Below, in pieces: positions 21,350-32,120 of a stretch of 64,000 nucleotides of DNA. Origin of the DNA: Bacteroidales bacterium (GTDB lineage Bacteria > Bacteroidota > Bacteroidia > Bacteroidales > P3); the NCBI GenBank assembly GCA_024681475.1, contig JAILAT010000051.1, forward strand, positions 30,444-94,443, written 5' to 3'. The notes beneath the pieces are model-generated. The model saw only the letters and a list, made by a program, of their open reading frames with translations. It searched no databases and was not told the origin of the DNA. The position numbers were made by a program, and so were the translations under genes. How positions within the stretch are numbered: the stretch's first letter is position 1; each line of letters opens with the position of its first letter.

Positions 21350-22452
21350 TGTGTAGTCTGAATGACCATATTATCACCTTACGCAGAGAATTGCACGGAC
21401 AACCAGGTGTCTCGGGCAACGAAAGATTCGCCCATAACCTCATTGTGCAGGAGCTCTCTACGATGCATCCCGATGAAATCAACACATTTGTGGGAGGTTT
21501 TGGCGTCGTGGCTTATTGGAAAGCCACACAGCGTGTCTTTTTGCAAAACACGCATACGCTCGCTTTCCGTGCCGACACAGATGCCTTGCCTAATGGACAT
21601 CGCTGCGGTCATGACGGCCATACCGCCATTATGCTGCATTTTGCTCATCTGGTGGATGAGTGTCAACATCGAAGAGTCAATTTGGTGCTCATTTTTCAGC
21701 CCGAAGAGGAGACGGGTGCTGGCGCCAAGAAGATAGTGGATAGCGCTCTCCTGCAACGATATAATGTGGACTACGTCTTTGGCTTGCACAACCTGCCTGG
21801 CTATGCGATGGGAAGGGTAGTCCTGAATAAGGGTACCTTTGCGTTGGCTTCGACGGGTGTGATATACCATCTGCAAGGGAGAGTGACTCATGCTTCCACT
21901 CCCGAGTTGGGTATCAATCCGGGTTTGGCGGTATCCAAAATAATACGACGCATAGAAGAGAGGCCCTCATTCCTGAGGGACGACTGTAAGATAGCTACTC
22001 TTGTTTGCTGTCGGATAGGCGAGGAGGCTTTTGGAACATCGGCAGGCGATGCCGATTTGATGTACACGTTGCGGGCCTCCAACAATGAGGCGATGGATTC
22101 TTTTGTGAATTTTGTTGACAATGTCGTCTTCGATGAATCAACGAAAGCAGGGCTGCAATGGTCCAAAACCTTGCGTGAGCCCTTCAGTGCCACCGTGAAC
22201 AACGCTGATGTTGTTGAACGTGTTGCAGAGGCCATGACACAGAATGACGTTGTCTTTGAATATAAGGACTATCCTTTCCGCTGGTCCGAGGACTTTGCCG
22301 AATACTTGTTGAAATATGAGGGAGCATTCTTCGGCATCGGCAGTGGTGAGAATCATCTGGAACTGCATCATCCGGACTACGAATTTCCCGATGAGCTCAT
22401 TGCTCCCGCAGCCCATGTGTTTGAAATAATAATGAATACCTTTATAAAATGA
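21349..22452 (+). CDS. M20-family amidohydrolase (aminoacylase/hippurate-hydrolase-like)
   Basis: LRRELHGQPGVSGNE, FRADTDALP, HRCGHDGH and FQPEEETGAGAK motifs. Its start overlaps the upstream stop (TAATG). Confidence 0.85.
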   Translation: MCSLNDHIITLRRELHGQPGVSGNERFAHNLIVQELSTMHPDEINTFVGGFGVVAYWKATQRVFLQNTHTLAFRADTDALPNGHRCGHDGHTAIMLHFAHLVDECQHRRVNLVLIFQPEEETGAGAKKIVDSALLQRYNVDYVFGLHNLPGYAMGRVVLNKGTFALASTGVIYHLQGRVTHASTPELGINPGLAVSKIIRRIEERPSFLRDDCKIATLVCCRIGEEAFGTSAGDADLMYTLRASNNEAMDSFVNFVDNVVFDESTKAGLQWSKTLREPFSATVNNADVVERVAEAMTQNDVVFEYKDYPFRWSEDFAEYLLKYEGAFFGIGSGENHLELHHPDYEFPDELIAPAAHVFEIIMNTFIK

Positions 22453-24065
22453 AACGATTAACTATTTTCTTTGCTCTGCTGTCATTGTGCTTCTATGCTG
22501 GCGCGCAGAGTCTCCCTGCAGAGTATGAGGGCCAGTCGTGTACCTCTATTATGGTTGGAAAACAGGCCTCTACAGATGGTTCTGTCATCACGTCGCACAC
22601 TTGTGACGGACGCTATCGCACCTGGATGAGCGTGGAGCCGGCACAAAACTATGGCCGCAATGCTGTCCACACTGTGCGTCGCGGCACCATGCATACCGCC
22701 TATCGCGAGGACACCACGGGCGTAAAGGTGATGGGCACCATTCCGCAGGTTCAGCACACCTATGCATACCTCAACACAGCCTATCCTTGTCTGAACGAGA
22801 AACAGTTGGCTATCGGAGAAACCACTTTTGGTGGCCCCTCATGTCTGGAAAACCCCAACGGCATGTTCACCATCGAGGAGTTGGAGCGCGTAGCGCTGCA
22901 GCGCTGTGACAACGCCCGCGATGCCATCCGTCTGATTGGCAGCCTCATCAAGCAATACGGTTATGGCGACGGCGGCGAGTGCATCACCATTGCTGACAAA
23001 CACGAGGTGTGGCAGATGGAAATAATGGGCGAAGGACCCGACAAGATTGGCGGCATCTGGGCTGCACAGCGTGTGCCCGACTATCATGTGGCCGTCAGTG
23101 CCAATATTCCCCGTATCGGTCTGCTGCAGCGTGACAATCCCGAATATTTTATGTGTTCCGACAATATAGAGAAGGTGGCTAAGAAATACAAATTATGGGA
23201 CGGCGACGGCGAGTTCGTTTTCTGGCGCGCATTCGCTCCTGACTATGCCAACGGCAAAAATTTCCGCGAGCGTGAATTCTTCATCTTCAACTCGTTGGCA
23301 CCATCCATGGGCTTCTCGATGGATATGGATGAGCTGCCTTTCTCCATCAAGCCCGACCAGCCGGTGAGTGCCACCGATGTGATGGCTCTGCTGCGCTCCA
23401 CCTATGAGGGCACTGATATGGATATGTGTCGCAATATCAAGACCGTGGTGACACGCAAAGACAAGAATGGCAAGTCCTACAAGGACACCATCATTGCCCC
23501 CAATGCCAATCCTTGGATGGGCAGCGCCACACAGGGCTCGCTCAACTATTTGCAGCCTGGCACCGTGGATTTCAAACGCACGGTCAGTGTGGCCTGGTGC
23601 TCCTATTCCTTTGTGGCTCAGCTGCGCGACTGGTTGCCCGACGAGGTCGGTGGTGTCTGCTGGGTGTCGGTCGACAACCCCGGCCAGAGCCCTCGCATCC
23701 CCATCTTCAGCGGCACCACTCGTCTGCCCAAAGCTTTTGATCTCTGTGGCCAGAAGAAATACGACGAGAATGCAGTGTTGTGGCAGTATCGCAAAGCCAA
23801 CAAGCTGGCCACCGTCTCTTGGCAGCGCACCAAGGACGGTATGATGGATGAGGTGTTGAAACAGGAACGACAGGCTTTTGCAGGAATGAGCGACTTGGAG
23901 GGCAATGTCAAAGCCCTGAAAGCGCGCGAGAACGAGGACTACAACCCTGCAAAGCCCATAGCCAATATGCTCAATAGCTACACCTATAATGTCTACGATA
24001 ATACCTCCTATGCTTGGAAGCAGCTGGAAAAGAAATATTGGCAGCTCTTCGGCATGGGATTCTAA
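22449..24065 (+). CDS. secreted C69-family dipeptidase
   Basis: A signal peptide is followed by GQSCTSIMVGKQAS, the N-terminal nucleophile Cys of C69 peptidases. Its start overlaps the upstream stop (ATGA). Confidence 0.85.
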   Translation: MKRLTIFFALLSLCFYAGAQSLPAEYEGQSCTSIMVGKQASTDGSVITSHTCDGRYRTWMSVEPAQNYGRNAVHTVRRGTMHTAYREDTTGVKVMGTIPQVQHTYAYLNTAYPCLNEKQLAIGETTFGGPSCLENPNGMFTIEELERVALQRCDNARDAIRLIGSLIKQYGYGDGGECITIADKHEVWQMEIMGEGPDKIGGIWAAQRVPDYHVAVSANIPRIGLLQRDNPEYFMCSDNIEKVAKKYKLWDGDGEFVFWRAFAPDYANGKNFREREFFIFNSLAPSMGFSMDMDELPFSIKPDQPVSATDVMALLRSTYEGTDMDMCRNIKTVVTRKDKNGKSYKDTIIAPNANPWMGSATQGSLNYLQPGTVDFKRTVSVAWCSYSFVAQLRDWLPDEVGGVCWVSVDNPGQSPRIPIFSGTTRLPKAFDLCGQKKYDENAVLWQYRKANKLATVSWQRTKDGMMDEVLKQERQAFAGMSDLEGNVKALKARENEDYNPAKPIANMLNSYTYNVYDNTSYAWKQLEKKYWQLFGMGF

Positions 24066-24101
24066 CATAATGCACCCAATGGGGTGAACAAACTGAGAAC
24101 A

Positions 24102-24944
24102 ATGAGAAGAATACTATTCCTCCTGGTAATGCTGTCGGCCTGCAGCTTCGCCTCGGCGCAAAAGTATGTGACGAGTCAAGATGAAGATGATGGCAGTAAG
24201 ATGGATGTTGAGAGCCAGTCTTTTACGGTGAATGGCGAACTCTTTACGATGGTCTTTGTGGAGGGCGGAACATTTACCATGGGCTGCACTGGCGAACAGG
24301 GACGTGACTGCTATGGCGACGAGATGCCGTCGCACAAAGTGACGTTGAAAGACTATTATATTGCCGAGACGGAGGTGACGCAAGCCCTATGGTTTGCCGT
24401 GATGGGTACAACGATACGCAAACAGCGCGACAGGGTCAATTCATCGTGGCCCCTGTTTGGCGAAGGTGACGATTATCCTATGTATTACGTCAGCTACGAG
24501 GATGTGGAGGATTTTATTCTTCTACTCAATGATCTGACAGGCGAGACCTTCCGCCTGCCCACTGAGGCAGAGTGGGAGTATGCTGCACGTGGGGGACAGA
24601 AGAGTATGGGCTTCCGTTATAGCGGCAGCGACAACATCGAGGATGTGGCGTGGTATACCGAGAACAGCGAAGGCAAGACACATCCCGTCAACATGAAGCG
24701 CCCCAATGAATTGGGCTTGTACGATATGAGTGGCAACGTGTGGGAGTGGTGTAGCGACTGGTATGGCGATTATGGCGGCTCCGCGCAGACCAACCCTGAG
24801 GGCGCCATCGCCGGCTCGCACCGTGTTGACCGTGGTGGCGGCTGGTTCATCAGTGCCAAAGGGTGCCGCGTAGCCAGTCGTGATGGTGTAGGCCCCACAC
24901 TTCGTAGCAACTACATCGGCTTCCGTCTGGTGATGGAGCCGTAA
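24102..24944 (+). CDS. secreted formylglycine-generating-enzyme (SUMF1/FGE-sulfatase) domain protein
   Basis: Signal peptide MRRILFLLVMLSACSFASA plus GNVWEWCSDWY, RGGGW and IGFRLV motifs. The ORF track starts at a GTG at 24084. Confidence 0.85.
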   Translation: MRRILFLLVMLSACSFASAQKYVTSQDEDDGSKMDVESQSFTVNGELFTMVFVEGGTFTMGCTGEQGRDCYGDEMPSHKVTLKDYYIAETEVTQALWFAVMGTTIRKQRDRVNSSWPLFGEGDDYPMYYVSYEDVEDFILLLNDLTGETFRLPTEAEWEYAARGGQKSMGFRYSGSDNIEDVAWYTENSEGKTHPVNMKRPNELGLYDMSGNVWEWCSDWYGDYGGSAQTNPEGAIAGSHRVDRGGGWFISAKGCRVASRDGVGPTLRSNYIGFRLVMEP

Positions 24945-24958
24945 ATACACTTTTTCTC

Positions 24959-26323
24959 TTATTTCCCGATGCAGAAACGGCTGAAGATGGTGCCGAGGAT
25001 TTCGTCGTTGGTCACTTGGCCTGTGATGGTGCCCAGGTGGTAGAGCGCATCGCGCATGTCGATGGTGACGAGGTCCGTGGGCATCTCTTGTGCCAGACCT
25101 TCGGACACTTGCTTGAGCGCTTCGTCCACGTGGTGTAGCGCCTCCAGATGGCGTGCATTGGTGAGGATGACATCGCGTTGTGAACGATTTGTTTTATAGT
25201 TTGTCACCAGTCTGTCAAGCAATTCGTCGAGACCTTGGCCTGTGCGGGCTGAGAGGGCTACTATGTTGGTATCTGGCAAGGAAACAGATGGCGGTGTGGC
25301 GATATCGCTCTTGTTGAGCACGACGATGAGCTGTTTTTCAGTCAGGTCAATATTTTCTTTCAAAGTGTTGATTTGCTGAGCTATGTCTTGGTCTTCGCAG
25401 GTGGCTACATAGAGTACAATGGCAGCGCGCCGCGCCGCCATTGTGGCACGGTCAATACCTTGCTGCTCAATGGGGTCGTCGCTCGATCGAAGACCTGCCG
25501 TATCGATGAAACGGAAGGTGATGCCTTGAATGGTGAGTGTCTCTTCCAGCGTGTCGCGAGTGGTGCCGGGAATAGGGCTGACGATGGCACGGTCTTCATG
25601 CACTAATGCGTTGAGCAGCGATGACTTGCCTGCGTTGGGCCTGCCCAAGATGGCGATGGGGATTCCCTGTTTCAGCGCGTTGCCCAGTTGGAAAGAATCG
25701 ATAAGAACGGTCACTTCGTTTTGCAGTGCAGCGAGCAGCGCTTTCAGCTGCTCGCGATTGGCAAACTGGACATCTTCGTCACTAAAATCCAACTCCAGCT
25801 CCATCAGTGCTGAAAGGTCGACGAGTTGCTGTCGCATCTGCTCCAATTTATGGGCGTATCCGCCACGCAACTGGCTGATGGCCAGCTGGTGTGCCGATGA
25901 CGATTGCGCATCGATGAGGTCGGCGACGGCTTCGGCTTGCGAAAGGTTGAGGCGGCCGTTGAGGAATGCGCGCAGGGTGAACTCTCCAGGTTCTGCCAGA
26001 CGTGCTCCTTGCTCCATAAAGAGCTGCAGCATAGTCTGCTGGATATACATGGAACCGTGACAGCTGATTTCCACCACCTCTTCGCCAGTGTAAGAATGGG
26101 GCGCTTCGAACCATGTGGCCACAACCTCGTCGAGCAGCGCTCCCTGATGGTGCAGCTGCGCAAACTTGGCCTTATGGGGCTGTAGCGTCATCCTGTGTCC
26201 CTTTGGTGTCGTCAGTACACTCTCTGCCAGCGTCTTGGCTTCGGGGCCGGAGAGTCGCAGCAGGGCAACGCCGCCGATGCCGGCGGGTGTGCTGATGGCG
26301 CAGATGGTGTCGGAGCAGTTCAT
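24959..26323 (-). CDS. mnmE: tRNA modification GTPase
   Basis: G-domain GRPNAGKSSLLNAL, DTAGLR and NKSD motifs, with a C-terminal CIGK. Confidence 0.95.
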   Translation of the reverse strand: MNCSDTICAISTPAGIGGVALLRLSGPEAKTLAESVLTTPKGHRMTLQPHKAKFAQLHHQGALLDEVVATWFEAPHSYTGEEVVEISCHGSMYIQQTMLQLFMEQGARLAEPGEFTLRAFLNGRLNLSQAEAVADLIDAQSSSAHQLAISQLRGGYAHKLEQMRQQLVDLSALMELELDFSDEDVQFANREQLKALLAALQNEVTVLIDSFQLGNALKQGIPIAILGRPNAGKSSLLNALVHEDRAIVSPIPGTTRDTLEETLTIQGITFRFIDTAGLRSSDDPIEQQGIDRATMAARRAAIVLYVATCEDQDIAQQINTLKENIDLTEKQLIVVLNKSDIATPPSVSLPDTNIVALSARTGQGLDELLDRLVTNYKTNRSQRDVILTNARHLEALHHVDEALKQVSEGLAQEMPTDLVTIDMRDALYHLGTITGQVTNDEILGTIFSRFCIGK

Positions 26324-26844
26324 TGGTTGTCAGTGTTTGGAGTCGTAGTATCCTCGTCGGCGTAATATTTGTTTCCGTAGAGCTCTTTCATCTCGCTGTC
26401 ATCTAATCCCGCTTCGACTTTGATGCGGTACATATTGGGATAATGCATCAGCAGAAGCATGAACAACAGCAGCGGAAACAGCAACAGAATCATATTGTCG
26501 GAGAAAACGACGATGAAGCTCAGCAGTATGCAGATGACGAAGGTGCAGAAATAGAAGATGCTGACGGCTTTGGCATAGATGGACAGACGCTGTTCGCTCT
26601 GCTTCAATTGTGGCAAATCGCGGAGTGTGGTGCGGTAGAGGCGAGCATAAATTACCCATTGTGCGATGACAAGGACTATTCCTATCAGCAACAGGCTGCG
26701 CTGGGTGGCCTCGGTGGCGGAAATGACAATGATGCGGTCGTCCATGTAATGCAATGTGATGGCGGCCACGATGGCCAGCATGGTGCCGTAGAATCCAGCA
26801 GCTGCGCTGCGGCGTATTTTTTTGATGCTCTTTTTTTTGCTCAT
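26320..26844 (-). CDS. hypothetical 4-TM membrane protein
   Basis: 174 aa with a basic N-terminus, four hydrophobic helices and an acidic tail. Its stop overlaps the mnmE start (ATGA), and it begins 6 nt after the uvrA stop. Confidence 0.6.
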   Translation of the reverse strand: MSKKKSIKKIRRSAAAGFYGTMLAIVAAITLHYMDDRIIVISATEATQRSLLLIGIVLVIAQWVIYARLYRTTLRDLPQLKQSEQRLSIYAKAVSIFYFCTFVICILLSFIVVFSDNMILLLFPLLLFMLLLMHYPNMYRIKVEAGLDDSEMKELYGNKYYADEDTTTPNTDNQ

Positions 26845-26850
26845 AATCTA

Positions 26851-29730
26851 CTATTGTTGTTTCTTTTTGGCCTTGGTCGTTGGCTTTTTCAGCTTATCCT
26901 CCATATACTTGCCTGTATAGGAGTCGGGACAGTCCAGCAAACCCTCAGGAGTGCCGGCGTATACCACTTGTCCGCCGCCGTCGCCGCCTTCAGGCCCCAT
27001 GTCGATTACCCAGTCGGCCTGCTTGATGATGTCGGGATGGTGCTCGATAACGATAATGCTATGTCCGTTGGAAACCAACGTGTTGAAGGCAATGAGTAAT
27101 TTCTGTATGTCGTGGAAATGCAGACCCGTGGAGGGCTCGTCGAAGATGAAAAGCAGAGGATTGCGGTTGCTGCCTTTGACAAGGAACGAGGCCAGTTTGA
27201 CGCGTTGTGCCTCGCCCCCGCTCAGCGAGTCGGAGCTTTGTCCCAGTTTCAGGTATCCCAACCCCACATCCTGCAAGGGATTCAGACGTGACACAATCTG
27301 TTGGCAGGCAGACTTGTAGTCGGCCTCTGCCGCCGCCGGGTCGAAGAAGTCGATAGCCTGGTCGATGGTCATCTCCAGCACCTCGCTGATGTTGGTGTTA
27401 TGATAGGTGATTTCCAGTGTCTCGGGTTGGAAGCGGGTGCCGTGGCAGTCGTCGCACACCAGATGGACGTCGGCCATGAACTGCATGCCGATGGTCACGA
27501 TACCTTCGCCTTGGCAGGTCTCGCAGCGTCCTCCTTCGACATTGAAAGAGAAGTAGTTGGCCTTGTATCCGCGATTCTTGGCCAGCGGCTGCATGGCATA
27601 CAGCTGGCGGATGCTGTCATAGGCCTTGATGTAGGTGGCGGGGTTGCTGCGCGACGAGCGTCCTATGGGGTTCTGGTCCACCAATTCAACACCCGAGATG
27701 CGCGACAAGTCGCCCGTAACACTATGACAATAACCCACATACTCGGGGTTGTCCTCAAAGCGTTTTTGCAGTATGTCGTAGAGCACGTGCTTCACCAACG
27801 TCGTTTTTCCTGATCCCGACACGCCTGTCACCACCGTGAGGACGCCCAGCGGTATCTCCACGTCGGTGTGGTGCAGGTTGTGGTGGTTGATGTCGTGCAG
27901 CACGATGCGGTCGCGCCATTTGCGTCGCGATGTGGGCAGGTCGATGGCGCGCATTCCGAGCAGATACTGCGCTGTCATGCTGCGTGTTGTGGCTGCACTG
28001 TTGGGGTCGTCGCGTAGTTTCTCCATTTTGGCGTAGTTGCCTTCGAACACCACTTCGCCGCCTAGGCGTCCTGCGCCGGGACCGATGTCGATGATGTAGT
28101 CTGCCGCGCGGATGATTTCCTCGTCGTGCTCCACCACAATGACGGTGTTACCCAAGTCGCGAAGACGTTGCAAGACGCTGATTAGCTGCGCTGTATCGCG
28201 GGAGTGAAGGCCGATAGAGGGTTCGTCGAGAATATACATTGAGCCCACCAGCGAGCTGCCCAACGAGGTGGCCAGGTTGATGCGTTGCGACTCGCCGCCG
28301 CTCAATGTGTTCGATTGGCGGCTCAAGGTCAGATAGCCCAAGCCCACATCGAGCAGGTAGCCGACGCGGTTATGCAGCTCGGTGCGGATGCGCTCGGTGA
28401 GTTTGAGCTCGTAGTCGGTGAGGTGCATGTCCTGGAGGAATACGGCAAGGTCTTTGACAGCCATGTTCGACAGCTCGGCGATGGTCTTGCCGCACACCTT
28501 CACATAGAGAGCGTCCTTCCGCAGGCGCGAGCCATGGCAGTCGGGGCAGGTAGTTTTGCCGCGATAGCGCGCCAGCATGACACGATACTGTATCTTATAA
28601 GATTGTGATTCAATCCATTTGAAGAATCCGTCGATGCCTGGGAACTCTTCGTCGCCGTGCCACAGCAGGTCGTGTTCCGCCTCGGTGAGGTCGCAATAGG
28701 GCGTGTGCACCGGGAAGTTGATTTTGAAGGCATGCTTGATGAAATGCTGTTTCCATTCCGACATTTTCTCACCTTTCCAGCAGGCTATCGCGTCGTCGTA
28801 GACCGACAGTTGGCGGTTGGGCACCACAATATGCTCGTCGATGCCTATCACGCTGCCGTAGCCGCCGCAGGTGGGGCAGGCACCGTATGGGTTGTTGAAA
28901 CTGAAGAAGTTGGGATTGGGCTTCTCGAACACGATGCCGTCGGCCTCGAAACTGTTGGAAAAGTCGTGGTATTGCGTCCCGTCGTCGCCCATGATGGCGA
29001 TGCGGCAACTGCCACGTCCTTCGAAAAAAGCTGTCTGCACCGACTCGCCCAGACGTGCCAACTGGTTGTCGTCGTCAGGGTGAACGGTGACGCGGTCCAC
29101 CAGCAACATGGGATCGGCGTAGTGCTCCTTGTCGTTGCAGGAAGGCAGGAAATCTTCGATGCGTACGATTGTTCCGGCGATGGAGATACGCATAAAGCCT
29201 TCTTGGTGAAGTATTTCCAGCTGCCCTTTCAGCGGTCTCTCGGGGGTGACAGCCAGAGGAGCCAGTATCATGATTTTCGTCTCGTCGGGTTGGCCGACAA
29301 TGAAGTCGACCACGTCTGTCACGCTGTGGCGTTTCACCTCCACACCCGAAATGGGGGAGAAGGTGCGGCCGATGCGAGCGAAAAGCAACTTCAGGTATTC
29401 GTATATTTCGGTGGAGGTGCCCACGGTGGAACGTGGGTTGGATGTGTTGACTTTCTGTTGGATAGCGATGGCAGGTGCCACGCCAAGGATGTAGTCCACC
29501 TGCGGCTTGCTCATGCGCCCCATGAATTGGCGCGCATAGCTGCTGAGGCTCTCGACGTAGCGGCGTTGTCCCTCGGCATAGAGTGTGTCGAAAGCCAGCG
29601 ACGACTTGCCGCTGCCACTTAATCCGGTGACAACCACCAGCTTGTCGCGTGGTATCTCCACGTCGATGTCTTTCAGGTTGTTGACCTTGGCACCTTTGAT
29701 GAGTATGTTGCTTTTATTGGCGTCTTTCAT
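26851..29730 (-). CDS. uvrA: excinuclease ABC subunit A
   Basis: 959 aa with two ABC modules ([23 protein letters not shown]; [10 protein letters not shown]), LSGGE signatures and Zn-finger Cys pairs. Confidence 0.95.
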   Translation of the reverse strand: MKDANKSNILIKGAKVNNLKDIDVEIPRDKLVVVTGLSGSGKSSLAFDTLYAEGQRRYVESLSSYARQFMGRMSKPQVDYILGVAPAIAIQQKVNTSNPRSTVGTSTEIYEYLKLLFARIGRTFSPISGVEVKRHSVTDVVDFIVGQPDETKIMILAPLAVTPERPLKGQLEILHQEGFMRISIAGTIVRIEDFLPSCNDKEHYADPMLLVDRVTVHPDDDNQLARLGESVQTAFFEGRGSCRIAIMGDDGTQYHDFSNSFEADGIVFEKPNPNFFSFNNPYGACPTCGGYGSVIGIDEHIVVPNRQLSVYDDAIACWKGEKMSEWKQHFIKHAFKINFPVHTPYCDLTEAEHDLLWHGDEEFPGIDGFFKWIESQSYKIQYRVMLARYRGKTTCPDCHGSRLRKDALYVKVCGKTIAELSNMAVKDLAVFLQDMHLTDYELKLTERIRTELHNRVGYLLDVGLGYLTLSRQSNTLSGGESQRINLATSLGSSLVGSMYILDEPSIGLHSRDTAQLISVLQRLRDLGNTVIVVEHDEEIIRAADYIIDIGPGAGRLGGEVVFEGNYAKMEKLRDDPNSAATTRSMTAQYLLGMRAIDLPTSRRKWRDRIVLHDINHHNLHHTDVEIPLGVLTVVTGVSGSGKTTLVKHVLYDILQKRFEDNPEYVGYCHSVTGDLSRISGVELVDQNPIGRSSRSNPATYIKAYDSIRQLYAMQPLAKNRGYKANYFSFNVEGGRCETCQGEGIVTIGMQFMADVHLVCDDCHGTRFQPETLEITYHNTNISEVLEMTIDQAIDFFDPAAAEADYKSACQQIVSRLNPLQDVGLGYLKLGQSSDSLSGGEAQRVKLASFLVKGSNRNPLLFIFDEPSTGLHFHDIQKLLIAFNTLVSNGHSIIVIEHHPDIIKQADWVIDMGPEGGDGGGQVVYAGTPEGLLDCPDSYTGKYMEDKLKKPTTKAKKKQQ

Positions 29731-29854
29731 TGTCTAGGATTTCCAGTTAATCTAGATAAGTACTTTTTTAACGCCAAAGGGGGTGAAATATTGCCTTTGG
29801 CAATAATTTTTGTGCGCAGAGGCAATAATCTGCCCTGCTGGTCGTTACACAATC

Positions 29855-31615
29855 ATGAGAATTCTCTTGCTCACACCGCCGTTGACTCAGCTCAACACGC
29901 CATATCCCGCCACCGCGGCGCTGAAAGGCTATCTGGTCGCCCATGGCCAGACAGTGAGTCAGGCCGATCTGGGTATCGAATTGGTGGACATGGTTTTGTC
30001 GCCCAACTTTCTGCAGGGTATCGGCCTGGAAGAGGCGGCAGCGGTGATAGAGCCTGTGAAACGTTTCCTGCGCGGTCAGGACGACACGTTGGCGCCTCGT
30101 ATCGCCAACCGAACCCTGTTGCCCGAAGGACCTCGTTTCGAACAGGTGGACGATTTGGAGTGGGCTTTTGGTATCGCCGGCACCTACGACAAGGCGCTGC
30201 ATCTGGCGACACTTTTTGTTGAAGATATTGCCGATTATATTCGCACGCATGTCGATGCCCATTTCGATTTGGTGCGCTACGCCGAGCATCTCAGCAGCTA
30301 TGCTCCTTCTTTCGACCCATTGGTTGAGGAACTGTCGCTACCTCCGTCGCATGTCGACGAGGTGATGCTACAGCTGTTGCAGCGTCATGTTGCTGCTTTT
30401 AAACCTGATTTGGTGGGTATTACCATTCCATTTCCGGGATGTCTCTATGCTGCGTTGCGTTGTGCGCAGTGGCTCAAGCAGCATACACAAGCGCCTGTTG
30501 CCCTGGGTGGCGGTTTTGTCAACACCGAATGGCGTCAGCTGAGCGATGCGCGACTCTTCGACTATGTGGACTATGTCACTTTCGACGATGGCGAGCTGCC
30601 GACGCTTCGCATTGCGCAACATGGCGAATTGGTACGTACCTTGACGCGCGACACGTTGGTGCCAGACTTTATCCATATCTCTCATTTTCAACATATCGAC
30701 GATGCTGATGCCTCTCTGGAACAGTGCCCGGACTATTCCGACTTGCCGTTCCATCTTTACCTTAATATGGCTGAGATGACTAATCCCATGCACCGTCTCT
30801 GGAGTCAGGGACGGTGGAACAAAATGATGATGGCGCATGGTTGTTATTGGGCACGTTGTGCTTTCTGCGACACATCGTTGGACTACATCGGCCGCTACAA
30901 GGTGCCTGCCGCCACCACGGTGGTGGACCGTATGGAGCGCATCGCCGCACAGACAGGCTCTTCGGGATTTCACTTTGTCGACGAGGCCTTGCCTCCAAAA
31001 CTTCTTGGCGAGGTGGCCGACGAGATTGTTCGTCGCAAGTTGACCTTTACGTTCTGGGGCAATATCCGCTTTGAGCGTACCTACAATGCTGAACTCTGCG
31101 ACCGTCTAGCTCAGGCTGGATGTATCGCTGTCAGCGGCGGTCTTGAGGTGGCTTCCGACCGCCTGTTGAAACTTATGAATAAGGGCGTTACCATCGCCCA
31201 GACCGTCGATGCCTGCCGTCATCTCCGCGATGCCGGCATCATGGTGCACACCTACCTGATGTATGGTTTCCCCACCGAGACGTTGCAGGAAAGTGTCGAT
31301 GCGCTGGAGACTGTACGCAGTATGTTCGACGAGGGCATTGTGCAGAGCGCTTTCTGGCACCGCTACGCTATGACTTGCCACAGCCCTTCGGGTCTGCATC
31401 CCGAGGCTTATGGTGTTCAGCGTACTACTCTGGAGCCCAATCCGTTTTGCAACAATGAGGTCGATTTTAGTCCTGATTTCGACTACGATATCGAGGCTGT
31501 CGGCGCAGCCCTCCGTTTGGCGACATACAATTACATGAACGGCCTCGGCTTAGACCAGCCTGTTCGCTCGTGGTTCCCCATTCGGGTGCCAAAACCCTCT
31601 CAGCAAAAGAAATAA
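29855..31615 (+). CDS. B12-binding-domain radical SAM protein
   Basis: The N-terminal MRILLLTPP...AALKGYL region is a Rossmann-like B12-type domain. The cluster motif is HGCYWARCAFCD (30842..30868). The ATG at 29855 is preferred over 29810. Confidence 0.8.
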   Translation: MRILLLTPPLTQLNTPYPATAALKGYLVAHGQTVSQADLGIELVDMVLSPNFLQGIGLEEAAAVIEPVKRFLRGQDDTLAPRIANRTLLPEGPRFEQVDDLEWAFGIAGTYDKALHLATLFVEDIADYIRTHVDAHFDLVRYAEHLSSYAPSFDPLVEELSLPPSHVDEVMLQLLQRHVAAFKPDLVGITIPFPGCLYAALRCAQWLKQHTQAPVALGGGFVNTEWRQLSDARLFDYVDYVTFDDGELPTLRIAQHGELVRTLTRDTLVPDFIHISHFQHIDDADASLEQCPDYSDLPFHLYLNMAEMTNPMHRLWSQGRWNKMMMAHGCYWARCAFCDTSLDYIGRYKVPAATTVVDRMERIAAQTGSSGFHFVDEALPPKLLGEVADEIVRRKLTFTFWGNIRFERTYNAELCDRLAQAGCIAVSGGLEVASDRLLKLMNKGVTIAQTVDACRHLRDAGIMVHTYLMYGFPTETLQESVDALETVRSMFDEGIVQSAFWHRYAMTCHSPSGLHPEAYGVQRTTLEPNPFCNNEVDFSPDFDYDIEAVGAALRLATYNYMNGLGLDQPVRSWFPIRVPKPSQQKK

Positions 31616-31646
31616 AGCTCCGTACGCGGATAGTCACCGTCCAGCA

Positions 31647-32120
31647 TCACTGTCGGAATACCGTATCCACCATCACGCTGTCCCCCTCCTCATCCCAATG
31701 GTAGAAGAGATATCCCTCGAACATGGGTGCTGACACATATTCTGCCCGTGAATTACGATGGACGAGGGCATACGTGCTGTCGTCATGGTGGTAAATGAAA
31801 CCCACGTATTCTCGTCCAGTTGTATCAATGTACATGTTTCCCCAATCATTTACAAGTCCTTCTACACTTAGCGTGTCTGGCAGGTGTCCGTGCTCGCTTC
31901 GGTATGCTTCCATCTGTGGCACCACCCTCTCAACCATTTCACAGAACTGCTTTTCCATGTATTCTTCCGACATGATATAGCCGGTGTTATGCACATCCCA
32001 CCACAAGACTAACACTATTATCACTACAGGAAAAAGGCCCAACATGCTGCCTGCGGCCATCCTGCGAAGGTGCCTGTGTCGCCCTCGCTGTCGGTAAGTC
32101 GGCTGTCCACCTTTCCCCAT
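31647..32120 (-). CDS. small N-terminally anchored hypothetical protein
   Basis: Arg-rich N-terminus, one TM helix (MLGLFPVVIIVLVLWW) and a ~110-aa soluble domain. Its ATG shares one base with the upstream TAA (TAATG). Confidence 0.5.
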   Translation of the reverse strand: MGKGGQPTYRQRGRHRHLRRMAAGSMLGLFPVVIIVLVLWWDVHNTGYIMSEEYMEKQFCEMVERVVPQMEAYRSEHGHLPDTLSVEGLVNDWGNMYIDTTGREYVGFIYHHDDSTYALVHRNSRAEYVSAPMFEGYLFYHWDEEGDSVMVDTVFRQ

